A DNA stretch of 64,000 nucleotides from positions 630,644-694,643 of the forward strand of contig CBFDEM010000015.1 in assembly GCA_965603825.1 (NCBI GenBank), written 5' to 3'. Origin of the DNA: Blepharisma stoltei ATCC 30299 (Eukaryota; Protista; Ciliophora). Under the pieces are notes generated by a model, which worked only from the letters and a program-made list of their open reading frames with translations, ran no database searches and was not told the DNA's origin. This document shows, in pieces, positions 38,099 through 50,399 of this stretch. Position 1 is the stretch's first letter, and each line of letters starts with the position of its first letter. The position numbers and the translations under genes were made by a program.

Positions 38099-39595
38099 CT
38101 AATTTCTTTTATAAAATAGCATATAAGCGTTATCAAAGTCAGGGTCTTCATATGATACTGATATATCATTATATTTTTCTCATTCTCCTTCTGTATTTAT
38201 TGTATATGCAATATAATGGCCATAAGTGCTCACTCCATAATAGCAAATTATGCCATACAAGCAATAACTTACATTATTGAGCTCTATTTCCCTAAATTCC
38301 TTAAATTCCCTCCTTATGCTCATCAAGCTGCTAGTTCTTTTTGGCATATAAAATGCTAAATTTAAGTGGCATTTTATCTCCAAAACATTTAATGTCGTAT
38401 CTGCTAATCTCTCACAGTTTTGGCAGTAAAGCTGATTTTGATTGATATATTTCTTAGGCAACCTTTTATCATCAAAGTATTTTTTAATGTTTAAATAATG
38501 CGGAGGAACAGTCATAAACAGCTCTGTTTCGCAATTATAGCTCTTATGAAGATGAGTGTTATGGCATTCGAACATTTGATCAATATAGACTTCAAAAAAA
38601 TGATTTTGAGGGTTTAATTCATTACAAAATGAAATAATTTGGACGAATAGCTCCTTTGCATCATTTTGCCCGTATCCTAAAAACTGCATATAAATTACCA
38701 TAGGAAAATTCTGCCCAAGATCAGTTTTAAAAGTTTCTGCATTTCTCTCAACGCTATTGGCTGAACGGTATTTTATTGAATTTAATAATTTGTTGAGAGA
38801 TATTTCTAGAGAGGTTTGCAGTGAAAGATTTTCTGAAAACCCTGGAGTTGAAGCTAAAATTTGTAGAACAGAATTCAAGTAGCAAGTGTTTCCGATATTC
38901 GGGATTCCAATTTTTGAAAAATATCCTAATGGTCTTCTTTTTCTAATTTTTTCTTCTGAAGAATATTCTTCATTAGCTCGTTTTTTTGGTACTTTTTCTT
39001 TGATTTCGCTCTCATACTTAAAACATAAAAACGACACTTGAAGTTCTGGGGGAAATTTTTCAAGTTTACTTATGTTAAGTGAACAATTTAATTGAGATCA
39101 GTTGCCCTTGTCTTTGAAAAAAAGCTTTTTTGAAGGAAATGATATTGCAGACACCAAAGAATATTGATAATTCTGAATAGTGATTTCATTTTTGATGCTT
39201 AGCTGGGATTTTTTAGATGAGATGAATAAGAGATCATATTTTTTATTGATGTCTTTCTTTATTTCTTCCTCTTGCTTATAAGAATCATCAGGGAGGCAAA
39301 CTCATAATTTAGCAATATCTTCAATCTGTCCGCTGCTCGTAAAAAAAATCTTTATAAAATGCTTCAAATAGCTAAATCAATCAAACAATCGCAAGTTAAA
39401 ATATTTAAAAAACATTTTCTTAAAAATTTCATTATCCTGATTTCCCTCATCTAATTCCTTAAATAAATTTTGCAAAGCAATCATCCAATTACAGGTTGAT
39501 GAAATTTTTTGTAAAAATGAGTATTCCTTGTTTAAATTGTGGAAAAAGTAGAGATTAGACTTAAAATTCCAATATTGATCGTTATGTGCTTTCAT
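38099..39595 (-). CDS. USP protease with degenerate USP-like N-terminal domain
   Basis: Single frame with TGA=Trp. GIPNIGNTCYLNSVLQ, QNDAKE, GHYIAY..W(TGA)KKYND, AYMLFY. In-frame intron at 38684-38698. Confidence 0.87.
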
Positions 39596-39679
39596 TTTTA
39601 TTTGTAGATTCAAAACTTTTAATAGCTTAAGTTAGCAAAAGCTCTTTTGATATGAATTATAAAGAAATTTATATTTTAG

Positions 39680-40225
39680 TTAATTTTCGGATTTTATAAA
39701 ACCTCCAACCATTTGCTTCATAACTTTAATGGTAGAGTTATTACCAATTCCTAATGTTTGCAGGTCTATTTCACCATTGCTGGTTAGAGAAAGGTACTTA
39801 TTTCCTTTTATAATTGTCAATTCTTGGTTTCCAAAAATCTGCAAGAATCTTTCATAGAGGTGCTTAAATTGCAGATTTGGAGGAACTTGAATTGTCCTTT
39901 TAGTTCCTTCATTGTCTTCAATGACTATAGAAATTTGCTGAGGAGCTTGCACTGGAGGCTGTTCAGGAGCAGGTGGGTTGGGGTTTTGAGGCCTTTGAAC
40001 ACTAACAACGCGGATAACTGAATTATTGGTGATATTTAGTTGCTGCAGTGTGAGGTTTTGGGAGTTCGGACCGATGTATTTATTTCCATACATGACTGTG
40101 AGTTCGGTTCCACCAAACATAGTCTGCAGATGTCTAAGAAGCTCAGAATATTGCCAATCACTCTTGCCTTGCAGAATTTTTGTTGTTCCGGTAGCATCTT
40201 CGATTCTTAAAGTAAGATTTGACAT
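39680..40225 (-). CDS. Divergent double-domain ubiquitin-like modifier (ISG15/FAT10-type architecture, ends GG-FIKSEN)
   Basis: Two related Ubl domains joined by a Pro/Gln linker with no internal GG; C-terminus TIKVMKQMVGG. Confidence 0.88.
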   Translation of the reverse strand: MSNLTLRIEDATGTTKILQGKSDWQYSELLRHLQTMFGGTELTVMYGNKYIGPNSQNLTLQQLNITNNSVIRVVSVQRPQNPNPPAPEQPPVQAPQQISIVIEDNEGTKRTIQVPPNLQFKHLYERFLQIFGNQELTIIKGNKYLSLTSNGEIDLQTLGIGNNSTIKVMKQMVGGFIKSEN

Positions 40226-40481
40226 ATTTTATAGAAACATGCACAATGGAAAATTAATAAAATTCATAAATTTAAGAGTTTTAAGAAAGCTATTTGCGGA
40301 ATTTCAAAAAAATTAGTAACTTATAAGCGAATTTGGCTAGTTTTACTAATAGCATATTTTAACTACTCAGCTGCTTAAAGTTCAATTGTAATAAACTCGT
40401 TACTGAAATATAGAAACTAAGCCAAATTTCAATTCATAGGAATAAATGTGTTTCTATCTAATCAAAAATTATTATTAAAAA

Positions 40482-41160
40482 TTAGTTTATATTTCTGTAA
40501 GACACCAAATAAAGGAGATTCCAATCAGGACTTCATCAATTGACCACTTAATCGTTAAATTCCTACCATAAGCCTTTTTTATCATCTTTAGCAAACGCTA
40601 TAAAATGGTTTCCATAATAGAATATCGCTCCAAATATATTATATCTGAACGCTTCACCACTGCAGCATACTTAATGACTCAGACAAATTTTTAGTAATCC
40701 CTCCAAATTTTTATAGCAATATTGAAGAATACCTTCGAAGCTACAAAACCCAGCAATATTCAGAAGCAATGATTTATTAAAATGTAACTTATGCGGCTCA
40801 AATTCGATTTCCATGATGAATGAGTCCTTATAAACAAGCCAACTTACTTGATATTGTCATTTCAAGGCATAGATGCTATAGTCAGACTTCCTAAAAGTTT
40901 GGATTTTGAAGAAATCGGTGCTCTCTGTTTGAGTTGTGTCTTATACAGTTCATGGGTCTTCTGGGCATTATACAACATACACAAAAGAAAATTACTCATC
41001 AATACATTATAATGATAAGCATATGCAAATATTGATTTTCAGAATGGAATTCCTAGGGTTTATTTAGTTTTTTATTTGCTGAATTCTTTGGTTTCTTACT
41101 AAAAGCACTGCTGCATATGTATATTTAAGCGAGCATTGTCCAAATATTGGAGCTTTATTA
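40482..41160 (-). pseudogene. USP pseudogene
   Basis: YNIFGAIFYYGNHFIAFAKDDKKGLW*EFND*..LYLVSY with in-frame TAG/TAA. The 5' part is eroded and its boundary is approximate. Confidence 0.7.
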
Positions 41161-41194
41161 ATTATTAATAGTAAATCTTGTTTCCTAAATGTTT

Positions 41195-41647
41195 TTATCC
41201 AAATGCATCTCTAAATGTTCTTTCTCTTGCTATATTGAATCATTCTTCTCTGCTTATTAAGCAAATATCAGCTGCCTCACACATAAATCCATGCTCTGGC
41301 TCAGGCCTGTTCAGTAATTCGATGAGATAGTCAATGATAACCCTGGGATGGCAGTTTGGGTTTCACATATGGTTAAGCAGAGAATGACAAACTCTTCCAT
41401 TGCTAGGGAAAATATTTGGATGGAATATGGGTGTCTGAAAATATACTTTGGGAGGCTTGCTTGGGTATTTTTTGGAAAATTTTATTAAAAATTCAAAAAG
41501 ACCGCCTTCAAAAGCAGTGCCTTCAGGCCCATTGAGATTTCCGAGTCATTCATAGTAGTCTCCCTGGTGAGTATTCACAGAAACAAAAGGCTGAGGATTT
41601 GCTTGCAAATCATTCAGTTCAGTCATAAGTCGTTGCAACGCTGCCAT
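41195..41647 (-). CDS. Divergent E2 conjugating enzyme (150 aa)
   Basis: MAALQRLMTEL..W(TGA)LGNLNGPEGTAFEGG..YPSKPP..FHPNIFPSNGRVC..W(TGA)NP. Missed by the ORF track. Confidence 0.92.
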
Positions 41648-42213
41648 ATCAAGCTTATAAATTGTAATTCTACAAAAGTTAATAGCTTTAAAGAAGTAAA
41701 AAAGTAATCTTTTAAATTTTCGTTAAACTATAATTATAAATTACCCCATTCCTTGCTCTAAAGTATATTTTATAGCTTAAAAATTTCTGCTTATAGATAG
41801 TTATTTCCTTGATGTATGCTCACAGGCAAGAAGCTTAGGATTACCTTCCAAAAACTTAGTTCAGGTATGGTTTATATTATTCTGATCAATTAAAAGAAAA
41901 ATGCTATATCATTTTTCCTCCTTGCATATATCCATTCTATAGAATCTCTTAGTAAAAGTAATAATCATGATTACACAAGCCTGAACTCTTATTTATAAGT
42001 TGTCACCATAGAAAAGCATGGCGATTTTATCCAACTTTTAAATATCAATATAGCAACTACGTATTATGGCTAAATTTAAAGTTTATTTTATAGTTTATTC
42101 TGGATTAAAGGCCCATTTGTATATCATTAACTTAGCCCTAATAACTCTAAGCTTGGCTACAACTAATCAAAATTTTATTTATAAGTCAATTTGCATTCAA
42201 TAGATTTATAAGT

Positions 42214-42693
42214 TTATCCCATAGCGTGTCTATACGTATGCTCTCTTGCCTTCGCTATAAATTCATCTTTACTTCTTTTAAGGACAGTGGTTGGGTCATG
42301 GGCATACCCACCAGCTGCATTTGGGTCATTTAATAAAGCAATTATATAGCTTATAATGGTCTTTGGAGTAAATCTACTATTCCACCCACCGCCCACGCCA
42401 CCACGAAAAATCGGCAAGCAAACATTTCCATTTCCATTTCCACTGTCTGAATAAACATTTGGATGAAAAATAGGAGTAATAAATTTGCACGTAGGAGGGT
42501 TAGTTGGATAATCAGCAGGGAAATTTAGCTGAAATTCGAAAAGTCCTCCTTCATATGGAGTTCCAGGCGGGCCATTGAGAGTTCCCTTCCAAAGTCTGAA
42601 ATTGTTTCCATCAATATCAGCTGTCGCATAAGGTAAAGGATCAGATCTCATCTCATTCAAGTCTCTCATAAGTCTTTCGGTTGCGCTGTCCAT
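42214..42693 (-). CDS. Divergent E2 conjugating enzyme with Gly-rich insertions around the active Cys
   Basis: GPPGTPYEGG, YPTNPP, FHPNVYSDSGNGNGNVCLPIFRGGVGGGWN. Confidence 0.93.
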   Translation of the reverse strand: MDSATERLMRDLNEMRSDPLPYATADIDGNNFRLWKGTLNGPPGTPYEGGLFEFQLNFPADYPTNPPTCKFITPIFHPNVYSDSGNGNGNVCLPIFRGGVGGGWNSRFTPKTIISYIIALLNDPNAAGGYAHDPTTVLKRSKDEFIAKAREHTYRHAMG

Positions 42694-42789
42694 TTTTAAT
42701 TATTAAGATTCTATAATTTTTTGAGGTTTTGTGCTATGATAGATTGATTTTATTTTATTTCATTATATAAATTATAGATATCTAGAATT

Positions 42790-43096
42790 ATTGTAAAGAG
42801 CTCTACAATTCTTTGATTGAAACTCTTGCAGAAGAAAATTCAGATGCAGAGAATTTCTTTAGGATTGCTAAATACCAAAAAATAATATGCAGCATGAACG
42901 ATTATGAAGAAAACCTTGAGACTTCTTATTTTCTTCTTTATTAATTTTCTGGAAATTTTGGTTATTTCTGTGATCGAATGACAGAGCTATTCAATAGCAG
43001 CTCCCTCTGTCTATAGAGACACAAATAATTAGTTAAAATTCATAATTCTATAAATTTCGCCCTATTGAATATATAAAAATGCAGCAAGAAGAAAAA
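42790..43096 (+). repeat. Chimeric duplicated fragments of USP 31675 (32168-32319) and the promoter/start of USP 33265 (about 33138-33281)
   Basis: Direct nucleotide similarity: TTGTAAAGAGCTCTACAAT..CAGATGCAGAGAATTTCTTT and CTATAGAGACACAAATAAT..ATGCAGCAAGAAGAAAAAG. Confidence 0.85.
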
Positions 43097-43292
43097 GCTT
43101 TTAAAATTTTGATTCAGCTGTTGAAATGATATAAATAATTGAGAATTTATAAAAATTACAAAATGCGAGATATTACTTTATAAATGCAAATTAAATAATA
43201 ACAAATAAAACCTTTAATGAAATTAAAAATTATTTATTCAATTAAATCAAAAATTTATTTATGACATATTATCCATCTATAATTTATAGAAT

Positions 43293-43856
43293 ATGCAGGG
43301 CAACGACAACTCAATGGTAACTATAACTTTAATCGACATCGATGGTCGGCCAGCAGAAAAAGAGATAAATCTTAATTGAACCTTCTCTTTATTGGCAAGA
43401 CCTCTATTAAACGAATATGAAGCAGATAATCAAAGTCTCGCTCTGAATAATGGAACACTTTTAAGGTTGGTAGATCATCAAAGCGAAAAACTTCGTGACT
43501 TAGGATTTGAGGGCGAAAAAGTAGTAAAAATAATGCATGCAAAAAAAGGCTGTCCAGATATATCAGTTCGCGTTGAAAATTTGATAAACTCATCAAAATT
43601 TAGTGTTATGGTAAACCCTTTATCAAAATGTTTTGATGTCTGCCAAATGCTTGAAACCAGGACTGGATTACGTCTATTAAATAATAGAGAAGCTTCTGTT
43701 ATGGTGAAATCCGTTTATTTGAATTTTGAAAACAATTATTATAAAACGCTGAGAGATTTAAAAATAAAGCACAATGAAAGTTTGAATATCTTGAAATTTG
43801 AGCGTGGAGGTCTTTATTGTGCAAAACGAATCAATTATTATAAAGCACCAAATTAA
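43293..43856 (+). CDS. Divergent double-domain ubiquitin-like modifier (ends GG-LYCAKRINYYKAPN)
   Basis: ATG at 43293 in frame via TGA. VTITLIDIDG..LRDLGF and ISVRVEN..KTLRDLKIKHNESLNILKFERGG. Confidence 0.78.
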
Positions 43857-43999
43857 ATGAAAAGAGAGTCGAATTGAATAATGATTAAACTTTTAGTAAT
43901 TTTCTGATATATTTCTTATAAAATTCATGCTGAGTCTCAAAAATATGCCAAAAACATATATTTTAATTGTTTTCTTATTTAATTTCATGTATTAAGAAA

Positions 44000-44622
44000 T
44001 TTTTGACCCAAGCATACAGTCTATTTTTCTTATTCCAAGCTTATTACGAATGCCTCTCTCTAACTTTTAAAAAGTATCAGTCTTTTTGGTATCAAAAACA
44101 CGAACTTCTTCATTAAATCAAACATAATTCTTATTTCATCCTTAAGCACTCTCAGAGTAGCCGAACTAGTAAATCTAAAGCTTTTAAAGAAAAATTTCCT
44201 TGTGTTGCCAAATCTAGTCTCTTTTTGTAATCTCTGATAGTTTCTTCTTTCTAAATTCGATGTCTTGGTTAATTTTAAATTTAGTTTTCATTAAATTAGT
44301 GAACTCAGAAAGCTTCATATTGCTACTTCTTATTTCAAGAAATTTCTTCTATCTCCATATACTACAGAGATATGCAAATCAGGGATAATTTTGACCTCTA
44401 AGCAGCTGCTGTTCATGATTTTAAATCAAAGAGAGATTTTTCGCCATCAAGGTTGAAATTGAGGTAGGTTGCATTTTTGAGATTAGTGAGGATTTTGAGA
44501 TCATTAGTCAGGGAAAGGGCAGCTTGTATATTGTAATAGAGCTCAAAAAATATCATACTGGCTGAGGCTTTAACTACAAAGTTTTCTCCTCCAATTACAT
44601 GAATTCTAATCCTTATGGACAT
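44000..44622 (-). pseudogene. Frameshifted, truncated copy of the tri-Ubl gene 34770-35504
   Basis: High nucleotide similarity with several indels; ends before the GG-encoding 3' end. Confidence 0.88.
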
Positions 44623-45560
44623 TTTATCGCTAAATCTATAAATTTTTATTAAATATGAAATTTTGCTTTTTATATATTTTATTATAAAAATTTTAGACCT
44701 AATAAGGAGATCTGTTAATTAGAATTTTATAGCAGCTTGCAAAGATCACAAACTGGAAGAGAATGTAGTAATTTATATCTAATTTCTTGTTAAATTTTGC
44801 TATCTCAAGAGATGTAATGAATTTTTATATATATTATATCCTGAATGAGGGATTTTTATTTGCTATCTTGATTATTTCTTCTACTTTAAGTGGAAATATT
44901 TATCTTTTCGCATAACCTGTAGAGTGCAGAGAACAATTTGTCTTGAATAAATAAATATAGAGAATTTGCCAAATTACTCTTGCAGGTTTAAATTTCAAAT
45001 AATATAATTAGCATACGATATAGCTCGCTATCAACTGCTAATTCAAGTTTTGGTAAATGATTGAGTTTATAGTGGCTTAGCTATAATTTATAATCTAAGC
45101 TCTTCAGCATTATCATTTATGGCTAAAAATATCTTCAAAATATCATATTTTTAACCTGAATAAATTTCTTTATTAGAGAAATAAAATATTTCATATTTTC
45201 GACTTAATTTTTTAAACTACTGCAAGTATATGATGCATCAGATTTAAATACTTATTTCATAAAACAAGAATAATTTCTTCATGATTATTATTTAATTACA
45301 AAATTCAAATAAAAAGCTAGATTAGAAAATGCCTAAAATTTATAAATTGCTTAAAGCAGCAATGAATATAAATTTTTTCTTTATAGAAATTACCTTTCAT
45401 ATCCATATAATCTTATATGTATTTTATCACTTTATATAAATATTTTGGAAATAAAAGATAGATCTTCAATGAAATTTTGGGTTCTCATTGTAAGCTTATT
45501 AAGAAAATATAATAAAATCTCAAAATTAGATATTTTAATAATTTAATAACATCTGTAGAA

Positions 45561-45975
45561 ATGGAAAGACTTCAAGCTGAGCTTAACGCAATTCAATTGG
45601 AAAGTCATTCAGAATACTCTTTGAAATAGTTAATAACAATTTTTTCCACTGGAAAGGCACTCTTCAAGGGCCTCAAGACACTCCTTACCAAAATGGAAAA
45701 TTTAGGTTCGAAATTGTTTTCCTCAAAATTACCCTGCATCACCTCCTGATTTTTTTCAAAACAAAGATTTTTCATCCCAATATATACGAAGTCAACGGAG
45801 AAACTTGTGTGAGGGTTCTAAATATTTCTTATAATAGAAATATCCCAGCTAGAATTATTATTGCTTATGTATTTGATCTGCTGGCCAATCCTAATTCTGA
45901 TGCAGGGTATGTCCAAGATTCAACTCATGCTTATTTGTATAATAGGCCAGGATATACATCTATGGCTACTGAGTG
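45561..45975 (+). pseudogene. Frameshifted copy of E2 35972-36412
   Basis: Near-identical DNA with small deletions (about 45620, 45720, 45750) and a truncated 3' end. Confidence 0.88.
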
Positions 45976-46239
45976 TTCGATCCTCCTTATCTTAAGAAGA
46001 AAAAGCTTATAATAGAAGTATATTTTTAAGGATTTTATAAAAATTATTTTTAATAATAAAAAAATTTTCTAAATAGGACTACATTGCATTTTTAGAAATT
46101 GTAATATTTTCCTGCTGAAGTTTTATCTTAAACTCAATAATCATTTTCCAAGAATTTAAACAAACTTTGCAAAGACATAATAATTCATTATTTGCTTAAT
46201 GATAAATTTCCTAACCAAATCCAATTTAAAAATCCAAAA

Positions 46240-48132
46240 TTAATTTTTATTTTTATAGAAAAGCATATAAGCGCATCTAAAATTCGGCTTATCAGCAAAA
46301 GAAACCATCGAATCGTTATACTCAACTCATGAATTTTCAGCCTCACAATAAGTATAAGCAAAATAGTGCCCAGACAAATTGGTCCCAATATGACAGATAA
46401 CTCCATAAAGTCTATAATTGTTGTTTTCAATTGTTATATTGTCTTCTGGAATAAAAGAGGTTGGTGCCGGAGTCAAATAGAAAACTAAATTAGCTCGGGT
46501 CTCAATAGAAGTTGTCTCAATTGTCATATCTCTCAAGCAGTCACATTTGTCACAATAAAGAGCATTCGCACCTTGAAATCTCTCTGGATTCTTTAATCCA
46601 TCTATATAGCTTTGGATACTCCTTATCCTATTTGTAGGTACCACAAAAAACGAGGAGCTTTCTTCTGGAGAGCCTGCATCATGCCCTCTACAAATAAACC
46701 TTTTAACTCTTTTTATCAAAAACAAGTCGAAATTAGGCTTTTCGTCAGCGACTTTTGAGATGATAATTTGGAAAAGCTCTTTAGAGTCATTTTGGGTGCA
46801 TCCTTGGAACTAAATAAAGGCTACCATTGAGAATTCTGAGCTTAATTCATTTTTGAATTGGGAAATAGCAGAGGCTAAATTGCCTGATTTTGATTTCATT
46901 AGCTTAAAGATATTAGAAAGATATGTGAAAAAAGGTTGATTTATCCAGGCTACTATACCTTCAAAACCTTCAGTGCTAACTAGAATTTGCAATACAGAAT
47001 TCATATAGCAAGTATTTCCAATATTAGGTAGGCCGCTATTGCAGTTCGCCAGAGATTTAGGTTTTGGGGTACACACGATGCCATATGCGTAAGAATTATC
47101 AGTTCTTTTGATATCATATGCCGCATTATAGGGGTGAACTATGTTTTTTCTATCATCTTCAAAGCGATTTCTTCGACTTCTCTCATTTCCGATTTCGCTA
47201 ATATTGCTCCCAATCGACTTTTGGACAATACTCTCCGTCTTATTCTCTTTTGAAGCTTGGAAATTTTGTAAACTTCAAGCAGGCACAGGATTTGCTTGAG
47301 AGTTCTGATATTTGTCTTCTCGGTAATGCAGGTCCTTATTTCTTCCCCAATTATCTTGAACTGGGCTAGGACTTTTGTAAATACTATAGATAGCATCATA
47401 CTGAGAATTCTGAGGATTCTTTACATGATCGAAGTTTTGATTTTCGCTCTTTGGTACTCTATTAAGATTACGGCTTTGTCTCTCATCTTGATCTTGGGTT
47501 TTATTTCCAAATGTATAACTTACGTCATAATGTCTTTTATCTGTATAATGAACATTTAAATTAGTATCTTTTAGCGCTACATCTCGGGTGACCCTTGAAT
47601 TGATCTTAATATTTTGGTTTGTAATTTTTAATTTTTCTTCGTTCTGGTTTGGCTTTTGTTGAGGTGCTTGAATAGTCTTTGAAGATCCAGAACTTTGTTT
47701 TGGTTCTTGTGGCTTTGATGGCGTGCTTACAACTTTGCTAATTCCACTTCGACTTTCAGGCTTGCTTACGCCAGCATTGCTAGAATTTCTTGAGTTTGCA
47801 TTAGATGACAATTTATTGCTATAGATGATACTTCTTGCTTTATCTTCATTTCCTTTTTTCCCTGAACTTTGACTTAGTTCTTGCGGTTTTGGTGGCGTGC
47901 TTAAAACTCTGTTATTTCCACTTCGACTTTCAGGCTTGCCTAAACCAGTATTGCTTGAATTTCTTAAGTTTGCATTAGTTGACAATTTGTTGCTATATGA
48001 GATACTTCTTGCTTCACCTTCATTTATTTTTTTCTCTGTTATAGATTGGGTTTTTGGATTAATTGGTCTTCTTGGAATATCAGCATTCAAATAATTATGA
48101 TTGCCTTTGACCGGACCTGGAAATTTTCTCAT
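46240..48132 (-). CDS. USP protease with long disordered N-terminus containing a 58-aa duplication
   Basis: Single frame via TGA. GLPNIGNTCYMNSVLQ, QNDSKE, GHYFAY..W(TGA)VEYND, AYMLFY. Intron at 46810-46824. Confidence 0.87.
47705..48025 (-). repeat. 174-bp-period internal coding duplication (2 copies)
   Basis: ARSI.YSNKLS.NAN.RNSSN.G..KPESRSG...V.STP.KPQE occurs twice. Confidence 0.9.
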
Positions 48133-48993
48133 TTCTATAAATTAAGGTTACCGGAAAAATAAGTTACAAGATTTAATTAGAATAATTCCTATAACTATTG
48201 AAGCAATTATTTTATATCAATAAGATAAAAAATTATATCTAGTAAACTAAGTCTAAAATTACTTTGTGAATATTTATCAAATCAAATTTCAACTTTGCTT
48301 TTCAAAATAAAATTATAGATTTAAATATCTCCAAGTCATTAATATGAATTATTATATAATTGATCACTAGCTTTATGCTTTTAGCTAAATAAATATCCTT
48401 CTAATACAAATGTGCTCTTTTAATATGATAGCCTAAAATTCACTTAGACTATCTGTGCTGCCAATACAAGGGATCAAGGTATAAAGGAACTCTGAGCTTC
48501 AAGTAATTTGATGTGCTATTCTACCTAAATTTTAATATAGAAACTGCTGATAATTTTTTTAGATTATGCTCAACTTTAGCATAACTGATTAATTCAAATT
48601 CTTTTTCATTAGTTTGAGGTTACACCAGCTAAGATCATATCTATTGTCAGTGATTTAATCAGTAGTAAATTTGATTCTATAAATTTAACATATTTTTCAA
48701 CGCTAAAAGATAGTTTAAATGTTTAGAAAGATTTTAGAAGAATTTTTGATCTTCCAAGTCTTAAACTGAATATGCTAAGAAAATTCGTCCTCTATTTCAA
48801 ATTCATCTTGATAAAAGCAAATACTGATGATCTTTTATAGATTAAGCTACTGTAAATATGCATCAGAATAAAGTAATAACTTTCTTTGCAATTATTAAAA
48901 GAAAATATAAAATTTATTCTAGATATTTGTTGGCCTCAAGCATAAAATATTTAAAATTTAATTCTACAAATTCAAGTATGAAAAACATAGAGA

Positions 48994-49932
48994 ATGATGA
49001 TATTAAATTTTCTTAGGAAGATTTTTGGCTACTTTTTCGATTCTCCAAGGCCTATAATAAGTATACAAAATTTACCAACTCTAAGTATTGTTCCTGAAAA
49101 AAAGCTAGTATTTCCTATTTGAGCATCCCAGCCAGATGGCATAAAATCTCATAAACAGGGACTCCCTAATGTTGGGAATACCTGTTATTTAAATGCTCTT
49201 CTACAAGTATTATCAAGCACTCCAGATTTTGTTCAAAAATTACCTTCAAATTCAAAAATATGTGTTTCACTGTCAAGAGTTATATCATGAGTCCAACAGA
49301 AAGGCAGACTTTCAATTTTCGCTGAAATAAAAAAGCTTCAGCTATATTTATTTCAAGAATTCCGCATGGTAATAAATACGTAGTTTAACGAGCACTCAGA
49401 AAATGACCCAAAAGAGCTTTACTTATCATTAATGGGCCTTTTGCCAGATTCAAGCGATTTCTCTATAATTTTATATAAGAAAATTCTATGCAAACTATGC
49501 CACAATTTTTCAAATTTAGAAGAGCCATCTCTCTTTTGCATTCTAAAAAATCCATCAAAAAAAGAAATTGAAGAGAAATTAAAAAATCTCGAAGAAGAAA
49601 AAGAGTATAAAGGGGGAAATTTATTGTATTGTGAAAATTGCTCGGCAAACAGGGAAATGGTAATGAGCACCTTTGGCATAAATATACCAAACATTTTTGT
49701 ATTTTATATTGGGAATGTGTTGGGCAAAAGAGCTCAAGGAGCTTATAATTTCTTTTATTGTGGTGATAAATTTGAGCTATATGGGGTAATATGCTATTAT
49801 AATAGTGGGTGTAGGCATTATATTGCATATACATTAGATAATGCAGAGTGAATGCAATATAATGATGACCATATTAGCTACTCATCACCTGATTTTGAGC
49901 ATGCTTATATGTTATTTTACAAAAAGACATAG
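48994..49932 (+). CDS. USP protease
   Basis: GLPNVGNTCYLNALLQ, ENDPKE, CENC, RHYIAY..W(TGA)MQYNDD, AYMLFY. Intron at 49369-49383. Start inferred. Confidence 0.85.
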
Positions 49933-50007
49933 CAAGCTAAATATACCTATTTATTATTTTAAAATAAAGTGATAATTGTAGAATGTATAAAAATATCCTT
50001 AATAAAA

Positions 50008-50370
50008 TGATTCATATAGCGCAAGAATTTAATAAGCTCAAACGAACTACATAAAGGAATCGAGTTAATATAGGACAAGTTTTTCCATTGGAATGGACTG
50101 CTGATAGGCCTTAGAAACTCCTTTGAAGTTGGCAAATTTCGATTCAAGCTAATTTTCTATTCCAATTCTCCAACTTCTCTTCCGAATTTTTCTTCAAAAC
50201 AAGAACTTTCCACCCAAATGTGGACTCTGACGGGAAAGCATGCACACAAGTTCTCAAATTCACTTTGAGGCCAAATATATCAATAAGCAGCATCTTGAAT
50301 TCTATATGCGTTTTGCTAAGAGAGCCCTAACCTGATGCAGGGTATTTTAACGACGCAAGCCTTAGAAAGC
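50008..50370 (+). pseudogene. E2 pseudogene (closest to E2 54628-55065)
   Basis: FHWNGLLIG.., TFHPNVDSDGKAC, P*PDAGYFND with stops and frameshifts. Confidence 0.8.
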
Positions 50371-50399
50371 AATGATAGGTTTACAAATTTCGTGAGGAG

